Source: a virus. Taken from it: DNA of 64,000 bases. The stretch covers positions 1-64,000 of the IMG/VR virus record IMGVR_UViG_3300009008_000029; one strand, 5' to 3'. The position numbers and the translations under genes were made by a program. The notes under the pieces are model-generated. The model made no database searches, was not told the DNA's origin, and saw nothing but the letters and a program-made list of their open reading frames with translations. Each line of letters begins with the position of its first letter. Position 1 is the stretch's first letter. Shown here in pieces: positions 39,508 through 48,237 of the stretch.

Positions 39508-39752
39508 TGACCAAGGATACCAAACAGATGTCCCCTGAAGAGGTTTTGGAAGAGTTGAAGAAGCTGGGTGTTGATGCTGGTGGGTGGGGCAAGGTGGAGA
39601 GTCATACCGCTCAGCCTCAGTTCTTACGGCGTCAAGGCGAGAGTCTAACGAAACTCCGGGACATCTTAGAATCGGTAGTGGCCAAGGATCAGGCGGATGT
39701 GGCTCGGTTGCGAGAGCAACTTACTCGGCTTGAACAAGGCGGGGGGTCATAA
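39507..39752 (+). CDS. small coiled-coil hypothetical protein
   Basis: Coupled on both sides (TGATG, TAATG). GGAGG RBS. Confidence 0.7.
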   Translation: MTKDTKQMSPEEVLEELKKLGVDAGGWGKVESHTAQPQFLRRQGESLTKLRDILESVVAKDQADVARLREQLTRLEQGGGS

Positions 39753-42652
39753 TGGCTGATAATTGGGGCACAATCACATTTGACGTTCCCGATTTCTTAG
39801 AGGACACCCGAGAGTGGATCAATGACGTAGCCGATTTCTTGGTCACGATGTTGGATATCGCATTGATGGCCTTGGAGTTCGCCAAGGTCTACCTAGTGGG
39901 GTTTCTGGACCCCATCATGGCCCTGATCCAAGCGATTGTGGACGAACTCAAAGCCCTGCTTCGGGATATCCGCCAAATGGGGCTGTATATGACGGGGGAT
40001 TGGGGGCTTCTGACGAAGCCCTACGAGGAGTTGCTGGGCGGGTTTCAGGAGTACGAACGGCGTATGATTGCCCGGCTGACGGACCGGACAGACCCCACCC
40101 GTCCCGATTTGTCCAGCAAGACGACCGTGCTGGCTTTGTTTTTCTACCTCTCGGTGGACATCTCGGACATTCAGCGTCTGATCAAGTTCATCAAGCAGTT
40201 GATCAAGTATTTCAAGCAGTCCTACGACAACGCCAGCGGCTACCCCATCTGCAATATCACCGATGTCCTTTACGGGACCAGTGCCGCTACGATTATGCAA
40301 GCACAGGACATTGGTAGTTTCTTTACTACAGAATCGACTCCCCCTCCGATCTCGTTGGTCAAGTGGGGGGTTCAGTCCCCAACCCAGAGGTCACCTTTCA
40401 ATCCGTTCCCGCCCGGCCCGCCCGACGGGTTCATTGTTACGGTCTCAACCCTCCGTGAGGGGATTCAGCTTGTCTATGACCGGCCATCCTCCACGGGACA
40501 GATGAAACCTGCTCCCGTAGGTGAAGGGCAGGTTCAAGGGCGTGAGTACGGGATGGTCAAGGACAGTGCGGGGAAACCGGTTGTCCTGATGGGTGGCAAG
40601 GAGATGTTGGACGACCTTGCACCGATGCTGCACTACAACGCTGGGTTGGATACGGACGGGACGGTGAAGCCCGGTGCTGTTCGGGTGTACGGCCTTGATC
40701 CCAGTACTAAGACCATCATCCCGTTGGACCAACTCAAACAGGGTGACAACTACTACTTCCAGCGGACGTTCTATGTGTCCCCCACACAGGCGGGGGCCGC
40801 TTGGATTACCGGTGAGTACACGGTGCTATTGAAGCAGGAAGAGATGCCCAAGGCCGGGCGTGTCGTGACTGCTACGGATCAGACCCTGACCATTGAAGAC
40901 GACGGCGTCCCCGCTGTCCTGTACGTCCGGGTAGCGTGCTGTGCCAAGAATATCGCAGATACGGAAGTGTTCCAGTATTCCTTTGACCCGCAGGGGAAGG
41001 ATGTTGTCGGGGACAATATGATAGCCCTGAACTTGGGTGCCAGCCCCAAGGACATCCCGGCACCTACGGAACTGGGTGATTGGAGCATACCCCGTCAGGT
41101 GGTGTTCCCTAACGCTAATACCAAGGCGTATCTAGATGCTCTCAAGACGGCCCTCATGGTTCTGGTCTTGAGTCGTCCTGATTTGACACCCCTCGACAAG
41201 CTGGAGGATACTTTCTCGGCGGATGATGTAGCCCGCATCAAGGCAAACAAACTCCTTGTTCCTCGTATTGCGTTGGAACGGAGCGGTCTGGAGAAGTTCC
41301 TCCCGCTGGCGGATCTGGTAGTGGGGGGTGATTATTCCGAGTGGGTCGAGTCCTATGAGGATACAGACCCGCTGGCGTGGCGAAAAGATCTCTTCAAGAA
41401 GATCGAGAAGGTTGCTCATGACATCTACAGCAAGACTGGCCCGATGCCAGAGGCGGAGGCTGTTGTTGCCCAGCGGACCGAGTTCCTTCGCACTGCAACT
41501 TGGTATGACGTAATCGATGCCGCCCATACAAGTTCGGTTATCGATGTCCTGTATGAAAAGGAGATACCGAAGTTGAAGGCTGGACCTCTTCTGGATTCCT
41601 TGAAGCCGGAAGAGGATCAAGGCTCTCTCCTTGTGGCTGGGTTGGCCCGGAACCCCGTGGGGATTGCGGGTCAGACGGACCACCTTGAGACCATCGTGGG
41701 CCTTCCTTACGTCACAATGGACCGTTCACCCCAGATGCAAGAGGTCAAGATAGGTGGGAATGGTCCTCTCTGGGCGGGTGAATGGGAAGCGGAGGTGGCA
41801 GCCAAAGATGTGCCCGCATTATTGGCCGAGTCGCCCACCGGAATACGGTGGCTCTATGAGAGGTGCATCCAAGATGATGGGTCCATCAAGGTTCCCGAGG
41901 ACTGGTACCCAGCTATGAATGCTATTACAAAGGAGACACCCGAGCATATGGGGTCCGCTGACATATCCCCTGTCTTTTATTTGAACCGTAAATACACCAC
42001 GAGCCCCAGTGAAGGAGATTGGGCGTTTGCTCGGATTCTTTATTGCCGGGGGCTTTTCGCTAAGGCCAACAACGGTCAGATACTGGAGGAAGCCGCAATC
42101 GCATTGGGGTTGGCGGGTGCTACCCTACGGTCACCAGATGATGGTGCATGGCTCAATATCCGGTATGTGGATTCCTTCCCCGGCATTGACCGGGTTGTCT
42201 CGATGATCACTAACTGGGTGGAGGCGGTTATGAAATCCCTCCAGTCGATCATTGACACGTACAAGAAGTACATCGAGTTCCTTGAGGCCCGGATCATTGA
42301 GATGCAGCAGTTGATCCGGCGTATTAACGGCATGATCCAAACCATTTTGGGCACGACAGTTCAGATTCCGAAATGCTCCGCCCTCACGCTTGTTTCGGAT
42401 GGCACAAACGGTGTCCTGACCGATCTTGTGTCCGCCGAGACAAAACCCAGTGACGGCCCCCGTGCTTACGGTGCGGGTGTGGCGATTGTGATTCCAATCG
42501 GGCCGACATGGATCATGGATCTCATCAAGGCAGCGTTGAAACAGGAAGAAGGCTCACCTGTAGAGGGGGAATACCTAGCGGGAGCAGGGATCACAGGGAT
42601 CACTGGCATCCCGGAGGACTCCCCCGAAAGTGATGAGCCTGATGTCCTGTAG
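39752..42652 (+). CDS. hypothetical baseplate-region protein (966 aa)
   Basis: Long ORF with amphipathic helical N- and C-terminal segments. Function inferred from position only. Confidence 0.5.
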   Translation: MADNWGTITFDVPDFLEDTREWINDVADFLVTMLDIALMALEFAKVYLVGFLDPIMALIQAIVDELKALLRDIRQMGLYMTGDWGLLTKPYEELLGGFQEYERRMIARLTDRTDPTRPDLSSKTTVLALFFYLSVDISDIQRLIKFIKQLIKYFKQSYDNASGYPICNITDVLYGTSAATIMQAQDIGSFFTTESTPPPISLVKWGVQSPTQRSPFNPFPPGPPDGFIVTVSTLREGIQLVYDRPSSTGQMKPAPVGEGQVQGREYGMVKDSAGKPVVLMGGKEMLDDLAPMLHYNAGLDTDGTVKPGAVRVYGLDPSTKTIIPLDQLKQGDNYYFQRTFYVSPTQAGAAWITGEYTVLLKQEEMPKAGRVVTATDQTLTIEDDGVPAVLYVRVACCAKNIADTEVFQYSFDPQGKDVVGDNMIALNLGASPKDIPAPTELGDWSIPRQVVFPNANTKAYLDALKTALMVLVLSRPDLTPLDKLEDTFSADDVARIKANKLLVPRIALERSGLEKFLPLADLVVGGDYSEWVESYEDTDPLAWRKDLFKKIEKVAHDIYSKTGPMPEAEAVVAQRTEFLRTATWYDVIDAAHTSSVIDVLYEKEIPKLKAGPLLDSLKPEEDQGSLLVAGLARNPVGIAGQTDHLETIVGLPYVTMDRSPQMQEVKIGGNGPLWAGEWEAEVAAKDVPALLAESPTGIRWLYERCIQDDGSIKVPEDWYPAMNAITKETPEHMGSADISPVFYLNRKYTTSPSEGDWAFARILYCRGLFAKANNGQILEEAAIALGLAGATLRSPDDGAWLNIRYVDSFPGIDRVVSMITNWVEAVMKSLQSIIDTYKKYIEFLEARIIEMQQLIRRINGMIQTILGTTVQIPKCSALTLVSDGTNGVLTDLVSAETKPSDGPRAYGAGVAIVIPIGPTWIMDLIKAALKQEEGSPVEGEYLAGAGITGITGIPEDSPESDEPDVL

Positions 42653-42663
42653 GAGAAAGTGAT

Positions 42664-43548
42664 ATGGCATCCTTTGGAAAACTCTGTGTCTGGCCGGTGG
42701 GGTACTTTCGGGCGTATTCCAGTTGGCTTCTCAGGAATAGACGGGAGATAGTCTCCAGAATCAACGTGCTGACGGCTGAGATTGAACGGATTGGTTTCAT
42801 TACGGTGGACTATGCGAAAGAGGAGATGGATGACGGGTCGGTATACCGCACTGAACAGCGTTTAGGCATCCGTGTAACGGAGGGCTCATCACTGGGGCTG
42901 TTGCTGCGGGCCTACGTTGCAGGTGGGGGCGACCCTTTGAACATTTCCCCTTTCATGTACCCGAACACCTCGGACATTGAGGTCAAAGGGACGAGTGACC
43001 CGATAATCACGGAGACGTACCCTCATGGCGGTGTTGTGGCCCCCATATCGGCGTCCCCAATAGGGTCGGAAGCATCCGAGACAAAAACGGGTTTTGAGCC
43101 GGACCCCGGCGGCAATATCCGAATGGAATCCTACTACCCGGCTCGGCAGGGCGGCAAAATCGATCCCGGCTCTTATGACCACGATGCTATTGTCCGAACC
43201 ATGCACCTCATCCGAGGGTGGGCAAATCAGGACATTAAGGAACGATTGCAGGACATCGAGTGGCGAATCGTCAAGCTCTGTGACCTACGAGAACAGTTGC
43301 TCAAAGAGCGGGATGAAGTGTTGGTAGCGGCTTTTGGTGGAACGATGACGGGACTGGGTACTTTTGATGACACCCAGTTTGACCCGGCCCTCCGGGTCCA
43401 AGCACTTGTCCAAGATATGTACGAGTTAATCTACGACATTACGGACTCGGGAGATGCTTCATTCCGTGCAAGGGAGGAGGTCCAGTACCTCCAGTTCACG
43501 TTCCCGGATACGGCTGCGGAGGCCGTGAGAGACCCGTTAGGCTGCTAG
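42664..43548 (+). CDS. hypothetical protein (294 aa)
   Basis: AGGAG RBS, in operon, coiled-coil segment. No family recognised. Confidence 0.6.
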   Translation: MASFGKLCVWPVGYFRAYSSWLLRNRREIVSRINVLTAEIERIGFITVDYAKEEMDDGSVYRTEQRLGIRVTEGSSLGLLLRAYVAGGGDPLNISPFMYPNTSDIEVKGTSDPIITETYPHGGVVAPISASPIGSEASETKTGFEPDPGGNIRMESYYPARQGGKIDPGSYDHDAIVRTMHLIRGWANQDIKERLQDIEWRIVKLCDLREQLLKERDEVLVAAFGGTMTGLGTFDDTQFDPALRVQALVQDMYELIYDITDSGDASFRAREEVQYLQFTFPDTAAEAVRDPLGC

Positions 43549-43554
43549 GTCTTT

Positions 43555-43585
43555 CGGTGTCTCGTCTATATCGGGCGGTATGTAG
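43555..43585 (+). promoter_or_regulatory. putative phage late-promoter motif, copy 3 (CGGT-N7-CTAT-N13-TAG)
   Basis: Fills the 57-bp gap upstream of the gp25-like gene. Confidence 0.55.
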
Positions 43586-43605
43586 ACGATGGAGGCCGGA
43601 AGGCT

Positions 43606-44760
43606 ATGACACAAGAATTCCAACTGGCGTGGCCTTGCCCGCACACGACGGTGGAGGAACACGTTGCCCTAGGTGATGACCGCCGATCTTTGCGGACTCA
43701 ACAGCCCGTTGCCGGTGCCGCCACTATCCGTCTCCTTGTGAATGACGAAATGTTCATCCCTCAGTCGGGGTTGTTTTCCTACGCCGCCCTTGCGAGTGCC
43801 GTTTCTGGACCCTACGAGTTGGTCCCAAACGAGGACACCATCACCATTTTGACCTCTGAGGGGTCTACGACTCATACCTTCGGGGTGTCCCGAACTGTCC
43901 GCTATACCGCAACCCAGATCATCGAGTTGCTTCAGCGGGCGAATGTTCGGGTCTACATGGAGAACGAGAATGGGCATCTGGTGTTCTATGACACGGCTGC
44001 CGTAGGTCCAACCTCCCGTGTGAAGGTTACCGGGACTGCGGCAGCGTCACTGGGCTTTGGGTCTCCCGGCGTCAACGAGTACCAATGGCAAGCTGTTGGA
44101 AGGGAGTTGTACCCCGGCTGGCACCTCTACACGCCCGATGAAGAAGTGACGACCCGGTTTCCTAGATTCAACCGTATCATTAGGGGGAACCAGAACTTCA
44201 AAGCCACCTACACGACGGCTCCGAACAGGTGCCTCCGCTGTGGTGCCTCCTATGTAGAGAATGATCTGCGGTTCGATTCTCAGGGTCAGAGCCTCATGAT
44301 CGAGAACGAGAATCTTCTGTATCAGGCAGCCTTGAAGGTTCTGTTGACGGATAAGGGGTCCAATCCGTACCACCCGTGGTACGGCACGTCCCTACGCTCA
44401 CGGATTGGAAGCAAGACGGTTTCGGGGATAGCCTCGCTCATCAGTGAGGATGTCCGCAAGGCGTTAGAGAAGTATCAGAAACTGCAAGAGTCACAGGCAA
44501 AGTACCAGACCGTGACATTCAAAGAACGGCTGCTTGTGATTCAGTCCGTTGACGTGAAGCAACACGAACAGGATCAGACAACTTACTTGATCGATGTGAC
44601 TGTGAGGAATGCCTCCTCACAGCCGGTCTCCTTGTCGATTGTTTTCACCGTCCCCTCCGTTGTTGCCCTGATGGGTTCCAACGGTTTGATGTTGGGAACG
44701 GAACCGACCGGGATACTGCCAGAAAATCAGGGCCAGTTGTTCCTGACAGGACAGAGGTAG
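43606..44760 (+). CDS. gp25/gpW-like baseplate wedge (sheath initiator) protein with N-terminal extension
   Basis: LYQAALKVLLTDKGSNPYHPWYGTSLRSRIG...ERL..IQSV.V...Y.IDV.V pattern, directly before the baseplate J-like gene. Confidence 0.78.
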   Translation: MTQEFQLAWPCPHTTVEEHVALGDDRRSLRTQQPVAGAATIRLLVNDEMFIPQSGLFSYAALASAVSGPYELVPNEDTITILTSEGSTTHTFGVSRTVRYTATQIIELLQRANVRVYMENENGHLVFYDTAAVGPTSRVKVTGTAAASLGFGSPGVNEYQWQAVGRELYPGWHLYTPDEEVTTRFPRFNRIIRGNQNFKATYTTAPNRCLRCGASYVENDLRFDSQGQSLMIENENLLYQAALKVLLTDKGSNPYHPWYGTSLRSRIGSKTVSGIASLISEDVRKALEKYQKLQESQAKYQTVTFKERLLVIQSVDVKQHEQDQTTYLIDVTVRNASSQPVSLSIVFTVPSVVALMGSNGLMLGTEPTGILPENQGQLFLTGQR

Positions 44761-44763
44761 CAG

Positions 44764-47700
44764 ATGGCGACGACACCTACTTTTCTTGGCCCCGACGGTG
44801 TGTACCGGACCCAGTATATCTTCACGACTGACCAGTCGACCCGTTTCTTCACCGGTCAGATGGATGCCGATACTATCGACATGAGGGTCTCTATCCGAGG
44901 CGGGGCCGAGAGTTCCGACCCGGACATGATTGCCTTTGAGGGTACCAGCTTCACAATCCCCAACCCTTCGGCCTTCCCGGATGGGTTGCCTTTGTTGGCG
45001 GGCAACAACCTGATCACCGTCCGGTCAGTTCTTTCCAATGGTGAGACAACCCCTTACGGGACGATTCAAGCGAATCTGGCGTTGGATCGAGACACTCGAT
45101 CCCTTATCCCACCCCCCACGGGTTTGTACATTGAACGCAAGGACCAGACAGTAACCGTTTCCATCACGGGAGATGAGGGTGGCAACATCCTCGGCTACCA
45201 TTTCTACGCTGCCTCCGCACCGGGTGGGGGGATCACTGGGTATAAGAGAATCAACCTGTCCTTGGTGACCGCTTACGAGACCGAAGAGGAAGTGACCACC
45301 ATCGGGACAATGACGGCAGATTCCGTTGTTGACACCAATGACGACGGCTCACCCGTTACCGACCCCCTGTATTTCCGTATCACAGGGGCACAGACAGATG
45401 AAGATGCCGACGTTGTGTCTACCGATTTTGATGAGCAGATTGAGGTGCCTGAGACCGCCGGGCGTTTGCGTACTGTAGCGTATACAGGCGTTGTGGCCAC
45501 CGTGAAGCGGTTCTCTTTCACTCATGACCGGGGAGGGTCTGCAAACTCCACGTACCCCACGATTCCCAATTCCGAGTTCACCACTATCCCTTCGGAAGAC
45601 CCCCTCTACTACACGGCGACGGCGGTGTACTTGCTTGATGATGCGGAATATGAGTCACCCATGTCACAGGAGGTGGCGGGAGGCCCGTTGAAGGTGACAA
45701 CGGTGGTGGCGGACCTGCCGGTCGTTTCCCGTCAGCAGATCATCCGGGACTCGACACTCTCTATCTTCCGATCCCGCCCAGACGTTGATGTCAAACCGGG
45801 TTCGTACCTCCGAGACACGTTCCTTGATCCGTTTGCAACGGAGTCGGAGAGAATTCGTTTCATCATCAACTTCCTACAGGCGGCACAGAGTTTCAGCACC
45901 CTGTTGTCGATTGATGACCCCAACAACTCTGGGGTCTCCGTTTCGGTTCCGCAGTCGCCGTACAAGATTGCCTTGAAGCAAGCGTTCTTCCTGCAAGATA
46001 ACCTGTCGACTCAGAACCTCATCGACAATGCCTTTGACCACCTTGCGGCTCGCAGAGGAACGACAAGGCTACTGGGTCAGGTATCGAAGGGCGAGGTGAC
46101 CTTCTATGTGACGACCCGTCCTGTTTCCACCCGGTACCTTCCTATTGGTACGGTCGTTACGGGCGGGGGTCTGCGATTCAGGACAATCTCTGCGGCCCGG
46201 ATCACATCCTCTGGGGCCGGGAGCATTTACAACCCCGGAACGGGACGGTGGTCTGCGAATGCCTACGTTGAGGCCGAGGATGTAGGTTCCGCCGGAAACT
46301 TGGCGGGCGGGCAAATCAATTCCGTTACCGATGGACCCCGAGGGGTCCGGGTGACAAATGCCTCCGCCATGTATGGCGGTAAGGACTCGGAAAGCAACTA
46401 TGACCTTGCTGTCCGGGCAGACGGAATCCTCTCTTCCGTTGATACCGGAACGTATCGGGGGTACGTCCAGACCGCTTCCCAGACGTCGGGAGTTCGTCAG
46501 GTCAATGTCGTTGACGGGGGCCATTCCTTGATGATGAGGGATATGGACCTGACCACAGGTGAACACTGGGGCGGCAAGGTCGATGTGTGGGTTCGGGGTG
46601 TGAACCTTGCTACCGTGACGGATACCTTTGCCTTCTCTTTCCAGACGGTAGAGAACGGCGGGTTCGTACCGGTGGGGGACATTCAGAACTTGCGGTTCCG
46701 GGTGGTAAACACCTCGGTCAATGTGGACAACCCCATTATCGAGATGCTGGACAATTCCGAGTGGGGCTATGAGTTCAAGGCGATCAATGCCAGCGACGGG
46801 TCCACGACGGTTCTGGACCTGACGGATGCAACGATTATCGCCCCCGATGGTTTGCAGCTTTCTACGGACTACAATGATCCAACCCTGCTACACCTGACGG
46901 ATACCTTTGAGGGAACCTACCGCTACCGGACAAGCAATACATATGAGTTCACTCGGCAGCCTGTGACCGAGATTTTGAGCTTCTACCGGGTTGACAGTAA
47001 CGGTGACCAGCAGGTCGTATCAGATTCAGCCTACCGGTTGTTCCACCCCAGTGGTCCGTTGGAGTCCGGGCGGTCTACGGAGGCTGGCAACTATTTCCAA
47101 GTGATCCAGCCCACGGACGGAACGGCACCGGTCAATCTGCCTTCCGGGGATGCGATTGCGGTAACGGGCGAGTCCCACACGTTGTTGGATGGTCCCGAGT
47201 ACCTGCTCAACCTAGGGGTGAACAAGAGAACCGTCAGGATTTGGAACGTGGCCCGGACGGTTGAGTACCGGGGGCCGTACCATCCGGGTTCCGCCCAGCG
47301 TGATTTCAGTTTCACCAATGAGACCGGACAGAGGCCGGTGGCTTTCAACATGGTCACAGGCGGTGACCTTGAAGCGGGCATGACGGTTGTTGTGGACTAT
47401 GAGCATGACGAAAACTACGTCATCAAGTACAAGACCAATTCTTTGGTTGGAATCGTTCAGACGGCCATCGATGATATGCGGCACTCTACGGCGGATGTAC
47501 TGGCCAAATCCGCATACTCGGTGGGTGTCGATATTCAGGCAACCGTAGTCCTACAACAGAATCAGACAGCTTCGGTTGTAGACGGGGCTATCAGGACGGC
47601 ACTGGGACGTTTGGTAGGGCGTCTAGGGTTAGGTATGCCCCTACGCCAAGGTGACGTTATTCGGGAGATTGAGGCCACGAGCGGGGTCTCTTATGTGTCC

Positions 47701-48237
47701 GTACCTCTGATTGAAATGGACCGCCAAGATGAGTCCGTTGTTGTTCAGGAGCCGGTGATAACAACGACCGATGCGGATTACGTTGAGATCACGGCTTGGA
47801 GTACCGACAACGTGAAGGTCTACCTGTTGACCAACCCCCTTCTTTACGGGACGGCCAACGGGGGCGGGGATTTCAACGAGTTCCGGGGTGTCAGGATGAA
47901 TGACCTCCCGCTGACGGTGAACAGGGGTGTCCCAGCGGTAAGCGGTTCACCTTTGAAGGGCGTGTCTATGTCGGCCTGTATCATCGGTGACGGCGGAGCT
48001 TCGATTCCGAACTACACGGGGTTGACCGCCCGCAGGGTGCTGGTAGCTCTTCCTGTAGGAACCGACCCCTCGGATGGAGAATTCAAGGTCACGTACATTG
48101 TGGACAAAACGAATGTGACGACCCCCGAGGTCAAGAACATCGAACCCGGTCCCTTGGGGTATTTGGAACTGGGGGACTTGGAATTCACCTACGATGAGGA
48201 TGAAGACTTCGCCTCACAGGTGACGAGGGAAAGATAA
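44764..48237 (+). CDS. baseplate J/gp6-like wedge protein
   Basis: DVKPGSYLRD..LDP, G.VTFY...PIGTVV, VEA..VGSAGN...GQI, VTN....GGKDSES..DL..R, GGKVDVWVRG and GV.YV motifs. Confidence 0.85.
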   Translation: MATTPTFLGPDGVYRTQYIFTTDQSTRFFTGQMDADTIDMRVSIRGGAESSDPDMIAFEGTSFTIPNPSAFPDGLPLLAGNNLITVRSVLSNGETTPYGTIQANLALDRDTRSLIPPPTGLYIERKDQTVTVSITGDEGGNILGYHFYAASAPGGGITGYKRINLSLVTAYETEEEVTTIGTMTADSVVDTNDDGSPVTDPLYFRITGAQTDEDADVVSTDFDEQIEVPETAGRLRTVAYTGVVATVKRFSFTHDRGGSANSTYPTIPNSEFTTIPSEDPLYYTATAVYLLDDAEYESPMSQEVAGGPLKVTTVVADLPVVSRQQIIRDSTLSIFRSRPDVDVKPGSYLRDTFLDPFATESERIRFIINFLQAAQSFSTLLSIDDPNNSGVSVSVPQSPYKIALKQAFFLQDNLSTQNLIDNAFDHLAARRGTTRLLGQVSKGEVTFYVTTRPVSTRYLPIGTVVTGGGLRFRTISAARITSSGAGSIYNPGTGRWSANAYVEAEDVGSAGNLAGGQINSVTDGPRGVRVTNASAMYGGKDSESNYDLAVRADGILSSVDTGTYRGYVQTASQTSGVRQVNVVDGGHSLMMRDMDLTTGEHWGGKVDVWVRGVNLATVTDTFAFSFQTVENGGFVPVGDIQNLRFRVVNTSVNVDNPIIEMLDNSEWGYEFKAINASDGSTTVLDLTDATIIAPDGLQLSTDYNDPTLLHLTDTFEGTYRYRTSNTYEFTRQPVTEILSFYRVDSNGDQQVVSDSAYRLFHPSGPLESGRSTEAGNYFQVIQPTDGTAPVNLPSGDAIAVTGESHTLLDGPEYLLNLGVNKRTVRIWNVARTVEYRGPYHPGSAQRDFSFTNETGQRPVAFNMVTGGDLEAGMTVVVDYEHDENYVIKYKTNSLVGIVQTAIDDMRHSTADVLAKSAYSVGVDIQATVVLQQNQTASVVDGAIRTALGRLVGRLGLGMPLRQGDVIREIEATSGVSYVSVPLIEMDRQDESVVVQEPVITTTDADYVEITAWSTDNVKVYLLTNPLLYGTANGGGDFNEFRGVRMNDLPLTVNRGVPAVSGSPLKGVSMSACIIGDGGASIPNYTGLTARRVLVALPVGTDPSDGEFKVTYIVDKTNVTTPEVKNIEPGPLGYLELGDLEFTYDEDEDFASQVTRER

